A stretch of 64,000 bases of DNA from an uncultured Acidobacteriaceae bacterium (GCA_963773675.1 CAVZCG010000016.1:232745-296744), one strand, 5' to 3'; positions 48,020 to 57,336 are shown, counted from the first letter of the stretch. Program-made: numbers and translations. The notes: generated by a model not told the origin, from the sequence alone.

Positions 48020-49558
48020 ATGCTTACTGGTGAGATTCGCAGTCAGATCGATCAGATTTGGAATGCCTTTTGGACCGGCGGTATTTCTAATCCCTTGGAG
48101 GTAATAGAGCAGATCACGTATCTGCTTTTTCTCAAGCGGCTGGATGAACTGGAAACTGCTGACGAACTCAAGGCCAATCGTGAAAGGAAGCCGCCACAGT
48201 ATCGCTTCTTTCCTCCGGGGAAAGATAGCAAGAAGCGTCCCTATCAGGACTTCCGCTGGAACCGGTTCAAGAATTTCGAAGGGCGAGAGATGTACACCGT
48301 CATCAGCGAGCATGTTTTTCCTTGGCTGAGGACGCTCGGGGGAGGCAAGACTACGTACTCGAAGCACATGGAGGGTGCACGCTTCACCATTCCAACTCCG
48401 GCTCTGCTCTCCAAGGTTGTGGACATGATCGACAAGGTGCCGATGGAAGACCGAGACACTAAGGGCGATCTTTACGAATACATGCTGGGCAAGATTGCCA
48501 GCGCGGGGCAGAACGGTCAGTTTCGCACGCCAAGGCACATCATCCGGCTGATGGTGGAAATGGTCGAGCCCAAGCCTAACGACGTTGTCTGCGATCCGGC
48601 ATGTGGAACGTGCGGGTTTCTGGTGGCTGTGGGGGAATCGCTGCGCGAGCGGCATCCGGAAGTAGTGCTGAAGGAGAAGCTGAGAGAGCATTTTCATCGC
48701 GAACTGTTTCACGGGTTTGACTTCGACAACACGATGCTGCGCATCGGCAGCATGAACATGCTGCTGCACGGAGTGGAGAACCCGGACATCACTTATCGCG
48801 ATTCGCTCGCGCAGGATCACGCGGGAGAAGAAGAGAAGTACACGCTGGTGCTAGCCAATCCGCCGTTCGCCGGGTCGCTCGATTATGAGAGCTGCGCGAA
48901 GGACTTGCAGCAGGTGGTCAAGACCAAGAAGACCGAACTGCTTTTTCTGGCGCTGTTTCTGCGACTACTCAAACCCGGCGGGCGAGCTGCCGTCATCGTG
49001 CCAGATGGAGTTCTCTTCGGGTCAAGCAATGCGCACAAGAGCCTGCGCAAGATGCTCATCGAAGATCAGAAGCTCGACGCGGTGATCTCGCTGCCCGGCG
49101 GTGTGTTCAAGCCCTACGCCGGAGTCTCCACCGCCATCCTGCTCTTCACCAAGACCAACTCCGGCGGCACCGATCAGGTGTGGTTTTACGACGTGGAAGC
49201 GGACGGCATGTCGCTGGACGACAAGCGCACGCCGCTACTTAGCGAAGACAAACTGGGTGCGATGCCAAGAACGGAGCTGACCGCGACCGAGCACGATAAG
49301 AATAACCTGCCCGACATTCTCGCCCGGTGGAGAAGACGCGACGGTAGCGAAGGCAAGCGTCCGCGCACTGCGCAGAGCTTCTGCGTGCCCAAGGCCGACT
49401 TGGTAGCGCAAGGCTACGACCTCAGCCTCAACCGCTATAAAGAGGTTGTGCACGAGGATGTGGCGCATCGCCCTCCGAAGGAGATTCTTGCGGACCTTGC
49501 CAAGCTGGAGGTGGAGATTCAGCAGGGGATGAAGGAGTTGGAGGGGATGCTGGGATGA
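48020..49558 (+). CDS. hsdM: type I restriction-modification system methyltransferase subunit
   Basis: HsdM N-terminal domain (IWNAFWTGGISNPLEVIEQITYLLFLKRLDE), SAM motif VCDPACGTCGF, catalytic NPPF (LANPPFAG). Confidence 0.95.
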   Translation: MLTGEIRSQIDQIWNAFWTGGISNPLEVIEQITYLLFLKRLDELETADELKANRERKPPQYRFFPPGKDSKKRPYQDFRWNRFKNFEGREMYTVISEHVFPWLRTLGGGKTTYSKHMEGARFTIPTPALLSKVVDMIDKVPMEDRDTKGDLYEYMLGKIASAGQNGQFRTPRHIIRLMVEMVEPKPNDVVCDPACGTCGFLVAVGESLRERHPEVVLKEKLREHFHRELFHGFDFDNTMLRIGSMNMLLHGVENPDITYRDSLAQDHAGEEEKYTLVLANPPFAGSLDYESCAKDLQQVVKTKKTELLFLALFLRLLKPGGRAAVIVPDGVLFGSSNAHKSLRKMLIEDQKLDAVISLPGGVFKPYAGVSTAILLFTKTNSGGTDQVWFYDVEADGMSLDDKRTPLLSEDKLGAMPRTELTATEHDKNNLPDILARWRRRDGSEGKRPRTAQSFCVPKADLVAQGYDLSLNRYKEVVHEDVAHRPPKEILADLAKLEVEIQQGMKELEGMLG

Positions 49559-50685
49559 GTCCCGTCTCAACTCCATGGCCTATTGTCCCCCTTCACGAGA
49601 TTTGCAGTCCGAAGCAGTGGCCGACAATTCCACAGACCGCTTTCCTACCGGAAGGCTATCCCGTCTACGGCGCAAACGGGGTGATTGGTTACTACTCCGA
49701 GTTTAATCATGAGAAGCCGACGGTACTGATAACTTGTCGCGGCGCTACATGTGGGACGATTAATTTGTGCGCCCCGAAATCGTACGTGACCGGCAATGCG
49801 ATGGCGCTTGACGATTTAGATGAGACTAGAGTTGAGCTCCGATATTTGGTCCGAGCGCTTCGGAACGGAAGTCTGCGCAAAGCGATAAGCGGTACGGCAC
49901 AACCTCAGATCACTCGACAAGGGCTGACGGTGATTTCAATCCCGCTCCCGCCTTTGCCACAGCAGCGGCGGATTGCCGAGGTGCTGGATCGGGCGGAGGC
50001 GTTGCGGGCCAAGCGCCGCGCCGTCCTCGCCAAACTCGATACCCTCACCCAATCCATCTTCCTCGACCTCTTCGGCGACCCCGCTACGAATCCGAAGGGC
50101 TGGCCGGTTCACTTGCTTTATGAGGTCGTGAAACAGGGAACCATCGTAACCTACGGCATCGTGCAAGCTGGGGAAGAATATCCGGCTGGGATTCCTTACA
50201 TTCGGACGGGCGACATCGTAGATGGAGAAATAGTACAACACGATTTGCGCCATACAGATCCCGCAATCGCCGCGAGATTTCTCAGGTCTCGGGTCGAAGC
50301 GGGCGAGATCGTAATTAGCATCCGCGCCACTGTCGGGACGACCGCTGTGGTCCCGCCGGAACTGGACGGAGCGAACCTTACCCAAGGTACTGCCCGTATT
50401 GCGCCGGGAAGTCTTGTCGACAGGACATACTTGCTCTACTATTTGCGCGCTTCTGGAACGCAGCACTGGATAAGCCTTCAAATCAAGGGCGCGACGTTTC
50501 GGGAAATTACCCTAACTCGACTCAGAGAGCTTCCGGTTCAAGTTCCGCCCATGTCTCTGCAGTGCGACTTCGCCCGTCGCATCGCCGCAGTTGAAACATT
50601 GAGAACTGTGCACAGGGCCTCCATCGCCAAACTGGACGCGCTCTTCGCCGTCCTTCAGCATCGCTCCTTCCAAGGGGAGCTGTGA
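49555..50685 (+). CDS. hsdS: type I restriction-modification system specificity subunit
   Basis: ATGA overlap with hsdM. Two target-recognition domains separated by the conserved helical spacer LPPLPQQRRIAEVLDRAEALRAKRR, with a matching C-terminal helix. Confidence 0.9.
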   Translation: MSPVSTPWPIVPLHEICSPKQWPTIPQTAFLPEGYPVYGANGVIGYYSEFNHEKPTVLITCRGATCGTINLCAPKSYVTGNAMALDDLDETRVELRYLVRALRNGSLRKAISGTAQPQITRQGLTVISIPLPPLPQQRRIAEVLDRAEALRAKRRAVLAKLDTLTQSIFLDLFGDPATNPKGWPVHLLYEVVKQGTIVTYGIVQAGEEYPAGIPYIRTGDIVDGEIVQHDLRHTDPAIAARFLRSRVEAGEIVISIRATVGTTAVVPPELDGANLTQGTARIAPGSLVDRTYLLYYLRASGTQHWISLQIKGATFREITLTRLRELPVQVPPMSLQCDFARRIAAVETLRTVHRASIAKLDALFAVLQHRSFQGEL

Positions 50686-50686
50686 A

Positions 50687-51481
50687 ATGAAGCTCTTCTT
50701 CGACAATCAGCCGGTAGCTCAACTGAATGACGCACTTTGCCGCTACAGGCCGGAGGAATTTGAATCGCCGACACGTTCGACCGTCCCACTTATCTCTTCA
50801 CTCAGCGATGGTAACGTGTGGAACACGATTTCGGGACAGTTGGCTGTAGAGTACTGTTCCGTCGAGGCGCATCTAGAATACAAAGTGAAACCTCCCCTGG
50901 GCCACGGCACCGCGTCGCATACCGATGTGATGTTGATCGATGGAAGCCGCGCCATCGCCATCGAAGCGAAATGGACAGAACCGCGATACGGCGAGGTGGG
51001 CGATTGGGTCAATCAAGTTCGCGAAGGGGTCAATCACGACAAAGATGCGCAAAACCGGCGCGACGTAATGAACGGCTGGCTCTCACTGCTGCAGCTTCAT
51101 GCAAATAAGAAGCTGTGCTTGGAGGATTTCAGTTCCGCCGTCTACCAGATGGTTCACCGAGCGGCATCTGCGTGTCATCCGGGACGGCTACCTACTCTGG
51201 TCTATCTTCAGTTTTGTCCCCTACCCGACGGGTGTGGTCTGGAATCCCGCGTAATGGATGATCTACGCTATCTTCATTCGCTGCTTGGGACGCCAGCAGG
51301 CTTTCCTTTCTGGCTGGTGAAGGTGGAGGCCAAGCCCAATACCGCGTTCGAGCGGATCAGAAAACTGCCTAAAGGCTCGCCGAACACTGCTGATGCTGTG
51401 CGCGCGGCCTTGTTGGGTGAGTTGCTTTTCGATTTCACAGACATTTCCGTCTTTCCCGTGCAGGAGGCAGATTGCCGTTAA
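50687..51481 (+). CDS. uncharacterised PD-(D/E)XK-like protein embedded between hsdS and hsdR
   Basis: 264 aa. Candidate nuclease core E(YKV)...SHTDVMLI...AIAIEAKW (E / D / ExK). No P-loop. The ATG is 1 nt after the hsdS stop, and the stop overlaps the hsdR TTG start by 10 nt. Confidence 0.6.
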   Translation: MKLFFDNQPVAQLNDALCRYRPEEFESPTRSTVPLISSLSDGNVWNTISGQLAVEYCSVEAHLEYKVKPPLGHGTASHTDVMLIDGSRAIAIEAKWTEPRYGEVGDWVNQVREGVNHDKDAQNRRDVMNGWLSLLQLHANKKLCLEDFSSAVYQMVHRAASACHPGRLPTLVYLQFCPLPDGCGLESRVMDDLRYLHSLLGTPAGFPFWLVKVEAKPNTAFERIRKLPKGSPNTADAVRAALLGELLFDFTDISVFPVQEADCR

Positions 51482-54400
51482 GCGCTTCCAACTTCAGCTT
51501 TCTCCAAGCGGAGTGGCCGCAGCTCTTTGCCGAAGGGCAAAAGGCTGAAGCGCTGGTCGTCCCCGATCCACGCACCGCTTGTTTCTACGCCCGACGGACG
51601 CTGGAGCTAGCTGTAACGTGGCTCTACAAGAGCGACTCGGCGCTCAAGTTGCCCTATCAGGACAATCTCAGCGCGCTCATCCACGAGCCGAGCTTCAAAG
51701 CCACAGTCGGACAGAAAATCTTCATCAAGGCAAAGCTGATCAAGGATTTGGGCAATCTGGCAGCGCACAGCCACAAGCCTTTGCAGCAACTGGACTCGAT
51801 GACCTCGGTGCGAGAGCTGTTTCATATTTGCTTCTGGCTGGCGCGAACATATTCGAAGGCGGAGAAGCCAGCCGATGGCCTGACTTTCAATCCGATGCTG
51901 CTGCCGAAGACTTCACCCGTCCCGCCGCAGACTTTGGCGCAATTGCAGCTACTCGAAAAGCAATTGGCGGAGAAAGACTCCAAACTCGGCGAACTGTTAA
52001 CGGGCAAAGCCACGCTGGATGCCGAACTCGAACGCCTGCGCACCGAAATTGCCGCGATCAAGAAGCAGAACGAAGCCACTCCGGACGAACACAACTACTC
52101 CGAAGCCGAGACACGCGACTACTTCATTGACTTGCTGCTGAAGGAAGCAGGCTGGGCGCTGGACAAGAAGCAAGATCGGGAATATCCGGTCACGGGCATG
52201 CCCAATGAAAAAGGCGAGGGCTTCGTTGACTATGTGCTTTGGGGTGACGACGGCAAGCCGCTGGGTCTGGTCGAGGCCAAGCCCACCAAGCGCGATGCCC
52301 GCGTGGGCCAGCAGCAGGCACGACTCTACGCCGATTGCTTGGAGAAGCGGTTCGGTCAGCGCCCCGTCATTTTCTACAGCAATGGCTACGAGCATTGGAT
52401 TTGGGACGACCGAAATTATCCCCCGCGCTCTGTTCAGGGCTTCTACACAAAAGATGAGCTGGAACGACTGATTCAGCGGAGAAGCACGCGGACGCCGTTG
52501 GGCGCTACGGAACTCAACAAGGAAATCGTTGAGCGCTTCTATCAGGAGCGGGCCATCCGGCGTATTGGCGAAGCATTTGAGAAGGACCACGAGCGCAAAG
52601 CTTTGGTGGTGATGGCCACCGGCGCTGGCAAGACTCGCACAGTGGTTGCATTGTGCGATCTCATGATGCGCTGCAACTGGGTAAAGCGCGTGTTGTTTCT
52701 GGCCGACCGTGTTGCTCTCGTGAAACAAACGACGAACGTCTTCAAGCGCTTCTTACCATCGGCCGCGGCAGTGAACGTGCTGGAGAATCCCGACGAGATG
52801 GCAGATGCGCGAGTGCTGGTGTCGACGTACCCCACCATGCTGCGACTTATCGACGAGACAAAAGAAGGCAAGAAACAGTTTGGTCCTGGGCATTTTGATC
52901 TAGTTGTCATTGACGAGGCGCACCGATCGGTCTACCAAAAGTACAAAGCCATCTTTGAATATTTCGACTCCTTCCTTATAGGTCTTACGGCAACACCTAA
53001 AGATGAGGTCGATCACAACACATACGGTCTCTTCGACCTGGAAGATGGCGTACCGACGGACGCTTACGGTCTGGAGGAGGCAGTGCGGGATCGGTTCCTC
53101 GTCCCGCCAAAGGCTGTGTCGGTGCCTTTGAAATTTCAACGCGAGGGGATGAAATACGACCAGCTCAGCAAAGAGGAGCAAGAGCGATGGGACGAGATCG
53201 AGTGGGATGAGGACGGAAATGTCCCCCGAACCGTTGAACCAGAGGCTCTGAACCGTTGGTTATTCAATAAGGACACTGTGGATAAGGTCCTTGAACACCT
53301 CATGAGATCCGGGCAGAAGGTGGCGGACGGAGATCGGCTAGGCAAGACGATCATTTTTGCGAAGAACCACGATCACGCCGTATTTATAGCCGAACGATTT
53401 GATGTGAATTATCCGCGCTATGCCGGTCATTTTGCTCGGGTAATTGATTTCAAGGTGGAGTACGCGCAGTCGTTGATTGACGACTTCTCTACCGTCTCGA
53501 AAAGCCCGCACATCGCCATATCGGTCGACATGCTCGATACCGGCATCGACATCCCAGAGATTGTTAATCTTGTCTTTTTCAAGATGGTACGGTCAAAAAC
53601 CAAGTTCTGGCAGATGGTGGGACGGGGTACACGCCTGCGGCCGGACCTATTCGGACCGGGCCGCAACAAGCAATATTTCTACGTCTTCGACTATTGCCAG
53701 AACCTCGAATTCTTCAACCAGAATCCCGAAACGGTCCCTGGCGCCGGCAGCGAGTCCCTGACGAAAAAACTATTTGCCAGCCGGGTGGAATTGATCACCG
53801 AACTGGACAAACATGCCGACCGCGAGGCGGGATCGGAGTTGCGAAGTGAGGTGGCAGAGCGATTGCGGCAGGAAGTGGAGAAGATGAATGTCGGTAACTT
53901 CATCGTTCGTCCCAAACGAAAGCTGGTGGAAAAATATGCCGACGCCAAGGCTTGGGAAACCGTCGGGTCGGATGAACAAGCGGAGCTGGTCAACGATGTG
54001 GCCGGTCTACCCTCCGAGTTGTTGGATGAGGATCAGGAAGCAAAGCAGTTCGATTTGTTGATGTTGCGTTTGCAGCTAGGACTTCTGCGACATGAGAAGT
54101 CGTTTGTACGGTGGAGCAATGATGTCCGCGAGATCGCTGGCGCGGTTGGGGAGAAGATAAGCATTCCTATGGTCCGCGCAGAACTGGAGCTCATTATCGA
54201 GGTACAGACGGATGAATTCTGGCAGGACGTTACCACCTCAATGTTGGAGAATGTCCGCAAACGGTTACGCAGTCTGGTGAAATTTGTTGAAAAGACCAGG
54301 CGTCCTCGGATCTATACAGACTTTGTCGATGAGATGGGCGAGGGCACTGTTGTTGAGCTAACCGGATTCGACGCTGGGCATGATGTCGAGCGCTTCCGTG

Positions 54401-54849
54401 ACAAAACTCAGCAGTTTCTGAAGGCTCATGGCGATGACCCGGTGATTCACAAGCTGCGGTGGAACGAACGGTTGAGCAAGGAAGACCTCGACATACTGGA
54501 ACAGATCCTGATTGAGGCCGGCGCGGGGACGAAGCAAGACCTGCTAAAGGCACGAGCAGCCGGAGAGTTGGGGTTGTTAGTGCGGTCGATGGTGGGCATG
54601 GACCGCGAAGCAGCGAAAAGAGCATTTGATGGCTTCCTGGCGGGCAAAACTCTAAGTGCAAACCAAATCCAATTCATCAACTTGATCGTGGACTACCTGA
54701 CTCAAAGCGGCTGGATGCGAGCGGGCCAACTCTACGAGTCGCCCTTCACCGACCGTAACTCCAAAGGAGTCGAAGGGATATTCAACTCCGAACAAGTGGA
54801 CCAGTTGGTAGGGATACTGGATGATATCCGGATGAGGGCGATCGTTTAG
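51472..54849 (+). CDS. hsdR: type I restriction endonuclease subunit R with an N-terminal DUF4145 domain and an EcoEI-type C-terminal domain
   Basis: AGGAGG precedes the TTG start. DUF4145-like N-terminus (…IKDLGNLAAH…), coiled coil, nuclease domain (GFVDYVLW...LGLVEAKPTKRD), SF2 motor (MATGAGKT, DEAH), and a C-terminal domain resembling EcoEI_R_C (…MVGMDREAAKRAFDGFL…QIQFINLIVDYL…). Confidence 0.93.
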   Translation: MPLSASNFSFLQAEWPQLFAEGQKAEALVVPDPRTACFYARRTLELAVTWLYKSDSALKLPYQDNLSALIHEPSFKATVGQKIFIKAKLIKDLGNLAAHSHKPLQQLDSMTSVRELFHICFWLARTYSKAEKPADGLTFNPMLLPKTSPVPPQTLAQLQLLEKQLAEKDSKLGELLTGKATLDAELERLRTEIAAIKKQNEATPDEHNYSEAETRDYFIDLLLKEAGWALDKKQDREYPVTGMPNEKGEGFVDYVLWGDDGKPLGLVEAKPTKRDARVGQQQARLYADCLEKRFGQRPVIFYSNGYEHWIWDDRNYPPRSVQGFYTKDELERLIQRRSTRTPLGATELNKEIVERFYQERAIRRIGEAFEKDHERKALVVMATGAGKTRTVVALCDLMMRCNWVKRVLFLADRVALVKQTTNVFKRFLPSAAAVNVLENPDEMADARVLVSTYPTMLRLIDETKEGKKQFGPGHFDLVVIDEAHRSVYQKYKAIFEYFDSFLIGLTATPKDEVDHNTYGLFDLEDGVPTDAYGLEEAVRDRFLVPPKAVSVPLKFQREGMKYDQLSKEEQERWDEIEWDEDGNVPRTVEPEALNRWLFNKDTVDKVLEHLMRSGQKVADGDRLGKTIIFAKNHDHAVFIAERFDVNYPRYAGHFARVIDFKVEYAQSLIDDFSTVSKSPHIAISVDMLDTGIDIPEIVNLVFFKMVRSKTKFWQMVGRGTRLRPDLFGPGRNKQYFYVFDYCQNLEFFNQNPETVPGAGSESLTKKLFASRVELITELDKHADREAGSELRSEVAERLRQEVEKMNVGNFIVRPKRKLVEKYADAKAWETVGSDEQAELVNDVAGLPSELLDEDQEAKQFDLLMLRLQLGLLRHEKSFVRWSNDVREIAGAVGEKISIPMVRAELELIIEVQTDEFWQDVTTSMLENVRKRLRSLVKFVEKTRRPRIYTDFVDEMGEGTVVELTGFDAGHDVERFRDKTQQFLKAHGDDPVIHKLRWNERLSKEDLDILEQILIEAGAGTKQDLLKARAAGELGLLVRSMVGMDREAAKRAFDGFLAGKTLSANQIQFINLIVDYLTQSGWMRAGQLYESPFTDRNSKGVEGIFNSEQVDQLVGILDDIRMRAIV

Positions 54850-54862
54850 GAACGCAATTTGT

Positions 54863-55180
54863 TTGGGGAGGCGGATAGTGAGGACTGAATACGAAAGGCT
54901 GACCACAACCATCAAGCGGCCATGGCTGGCAGAAATTATCGCGGGTACGAAAAAGATCGAATACCGCGCGATCAAACCTTATTGGACAGAGCGGCTGAAT
55001 AATGTTGCGAAGCCGTTTGAGCTTCGTTTGCTGAATGGAATGAATCCGCCTGTCCCGGAAGTGACAGTGCTGATCCATAAGGTCACGAAGAATCGCCGCG
55101 AAAGAGTTTACGAACTGCACATCAAGAAGGTGCTCGGATATAAGCATTGGGACAAGCGGACGAAGAGCGTTAGGAAGTAG
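54863..55180 (+). CDS. ASCH (PUA-like) domain protein
   Basis: IKRPWLAEIIAGTKKIEYRAIKPYW matches the N-terminal ASCH pattern (…qPwa.lI..G.KtiE.R…). The probable start is GTG 54878 after GGGGAGG. It begins 14 nt after the hsdR stop. Confidence 0.55.
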   Translation: MGRRIVRTEYERLTTTIKRPWLAEIIAGTKKIEYRAIKPYWTERLNNVAKPFELRLLNGMNPPVPEVTVLIHKVTKNRRERVYELHIKKVLGYKHWDKRTKSVRK

Positions 55181-55221
55181 TTTCATTTTCGGCTGACCTT
55201 GCCGCGATAGTTACACCTCCC

Positions 55222-56400
55222 TCACAATTTTTCCTCAGTGCTGGAAAAGACCGCGGCCGTGCGGGAATTAAGAGCGGTCCTCACGCTCGCTGGCACAGAT
55301 TGCATGTACACATCAGAGGTTGTCTTCGCGCTCTTGTGTCTCAGTGCTCCTTGAGCATCTTTAACAGTCCCGTGAAATTGAAGATCAGTTCCAACAGTCC
55401 TGCGCATCACCTGAAACGTAACCAGGCGGCGAGGAATGCCTAGCTTGTCCGCGATCGGGTGGATTCGCCTTTCCACAAAGTTGGTTGAATCGAATGGAAC
55501 AGCCTGTCCTTTTCGCAGACCTTTGCCTTTTGTAGGAAACATTAGGGCTTGTGGACTCGCGTCAGGGCAGACAGCCTGCCAACGGGCAATTATCGGTTGG
55601 ATCAAATCGGGGACCGGGACCAGAGCTCGGCTTTCGACAGTTTTGAGTTTGCCCTCCTGCAAGTGGCCCTCAAAAGCCGTGCTCTCGATGGCAAGATAAT
55701 GGTGTTGCCACGATTCCCACTTCAGACCAAATACTTCGCCGGTCCGCAGGGCACAGAATACACCGACTGCGAAAACGCATCTGTCCATCGGATGCTCGAT
55801 CGCGTTGAGCAGAGCCATGATCGTCCGTGCCTCCAGAACGCTCCTGTCCGGCGACTTAGTCTCCGGCATCCTTAATCTTCGAGCTGGACTTTTAGCCAAG
55901 AAATCGAGATCTACGGCATTGTTGTAGATTGAGCGCATATTTACATATGTATGTCGAACAACCGAATCAGAGAAGGTCTTTGCCAGGCTGTTCAGGTGCG
56001 TTTGCAGCTCAAAAAGGCCGATGGAACTCAGATTACGATCCCCAAACTTCTCCAAAATGTAGCGATGAATTTCGTATGTTGTCGTCTTCTTGGTGGTGGC
56101 ACGGCACGTCATCATTGGAAGATGACGCTCGTTCACAAACCATCTCAGTGTGGAGTTGCCATCGGCTGCCTCGGCTGGGGCTATTTGAGCCGAATTGTTG
56201 TCTGCGGCAATTGCTTCATGCAGTTTTCTCTGCGCCTCAAACTTGGTCATCTCGGACTTTGGTCCGATCGCTTTATTTTTCTGCTTAACGGTCCAACTTT
56301 CGGTTAGCGGATCCTTACACCAAACGCGATACTTGCCATACCACATTTTGCGGCGCTTTCCATGTAGGTACACAGAGCCGCGCTGAAATTCCAGAGGCAT
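55222..56400 (-). CDS. site-specific tyrosine integrase
   Basis: Start ATG 56400 after AAGGAA. Catalytic residues are in the expected order: ALRTGEVFGLKWES (Arg I), HVMRRTVGT-like H-x-x-R (FQVMRRTVGTDL), LRHKSAKTTSDVYMQ (His II / Tyr). Confidence 0.85.
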   Translation of the reverse strand: MPLEFQRGSVYLHGKRRKMWYGKYRVWCKDPLTESWTVKQKNKAIGPKSEMTKFEAQRKLHEAIAADNNSAQIAPAEAADGNSTLRWFVNERHLPMMTCRATTKKTTTYEIHRYILEKFGDRNLSSIGLFELQTHLNSLAKTFSDSVVRHTYVNMRSIYNNAVDLDFLAKSPARRLRMPETKSPDRSVLEARTIMALLNAIEHPMDRCVFAVGVFCALRTGEVFGLKWESWQHHYLAIESTAFEGHLQEGKLKTVESRALVPVPDLIQPIIARWQAVCPDASPQALMFPTKGKGLRKGQAVPFDSTNFVERRIHPIADKLGIPRRLVTFQVMRRTVGTDLQFHGTVKDAQGALRHKSAKTTSDVYMQSVPASVRTALNSRTAAVFSSTEEKL

Positions 56401-56462
56401 ATCAGGTTCCTTTTTGAGATGGAGAGGAGGGCTGAGGATTACCAGCCCTCTATGACATGAAG

Positions 56463-56990
56463 CTAGGAATTGTTCGCACGGGTTGACTGATGAGCCCTGG
56501 ACAAGAAAGTCAAGCGCAGACATCGGGCCCTCACAGGTGCGATTCCAATACGCTTGCACACTGCCAGCAGCGCGCGGTTGAGAGAGGACGCCAGCGATTG
56601 GAAGCCGGAATTAAACAGGCGGGCGCTTCCGGGATCCTTTGTGCGAATCTGCATCAGTCGAGTGACAAGCGGATCTGGAATCTGGAACGCACGGATGCCG
56701 GCTTTCCCATTAACTGTCATAACTTTCTGGCCTAGGTCGATATCGGCCCACCTCAGAGCTGCGATTTCCTGCATTCGCAATCCTGTCTGGACTGCAATGA
56801 GAGCGATATCTGCCAGTGAAGAATCGGATTCCTTTCCAAGTTCGTCGATAATGCGTTCGGCTTGTTCAAAACCAAGCGCTTCAGCCTTGCTCGACAGCTT
56901 TTTAGGATGTGAGACGTGATCAGCGTGCCGGACAAGGCGAGCGAGGCCTTTGCAGTACTTGCACATGTTGATTTCCTTTCTGTAGTCCAT
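56463..56990 (-). pseudogene. truncated/degenerate tyrosine-recombinase-like gene (no catalytic Tyr region)
   Basis: Box I is present (TGLRMQEIAALRWADIDL). The H-x-x-R box is degenerate (RCLRLTFLS) and the ORF stops about 10 codons later. The start is ambiguous (56990 or 56966). Confidence 0.5.
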
Positions 56991-57024
56991 GAGCGTGCAG
57001 CTGTGACTATGTGATTTCTGAGTG

Positions 57025-57327
57025 CTAGTGGCGCCGGGAGGCGCCGGAATGGTCGTCGCGTTGCGATTCAATAAACTGCTGTACATCGGTGGGACGGAAG
57101 CGAAGAAGAGGACCGAGCTTCACTACAGGTATTTTGGGGGAGCGACGGGTAGCATGGTCGCGGACCCAGCGTTCCGATACACCAAGGAGTTCCGCAGCCT
57201 GCAGGGCGTTCCACAGATGTTCGGAGGCTGATAAAGAGGAGGGTGAATTCACGTAGGTTCCTTTCGGAGAGATGGCAGTTTGTAAGTCGAGGAGGTTGGG
57301 TGGGGCCATCGAATGGCTCGATGACAA
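57025..57327 (-). CDS. excisionase/AlpA-like helix-turn-helix protein
   Basis: LQAAELLGVSERWVRDHATRRSPKIPVVKLGPLLRFRPTDVQQFIE is the MerR/AlpA-type excisionase HTH pattern. Confidence 0.55.
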   Translation of the reverse strand: MSSSHSMAPPNLLDLQTAISPKGTYVNSPSSLSASEHLWNALQAAELLGVSERWVRDHATRRSPKIPVVKLGPLLRFRPTDVQQFIESQRDDHSGASRRH

Positions 57328-57336
57328 AAATCAGGG

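Noticed and set aside
49555-50685. Phase-variable (shufflon-type) hsdS given the nearby recombinases.
   Set aside because: There is only one hsdS gene. No silent hsdS' copies or inverted repeats within the TRD-flanking conserved helices are visible, and the recombinases are more than 4.5 kb away and separated by hsdR.
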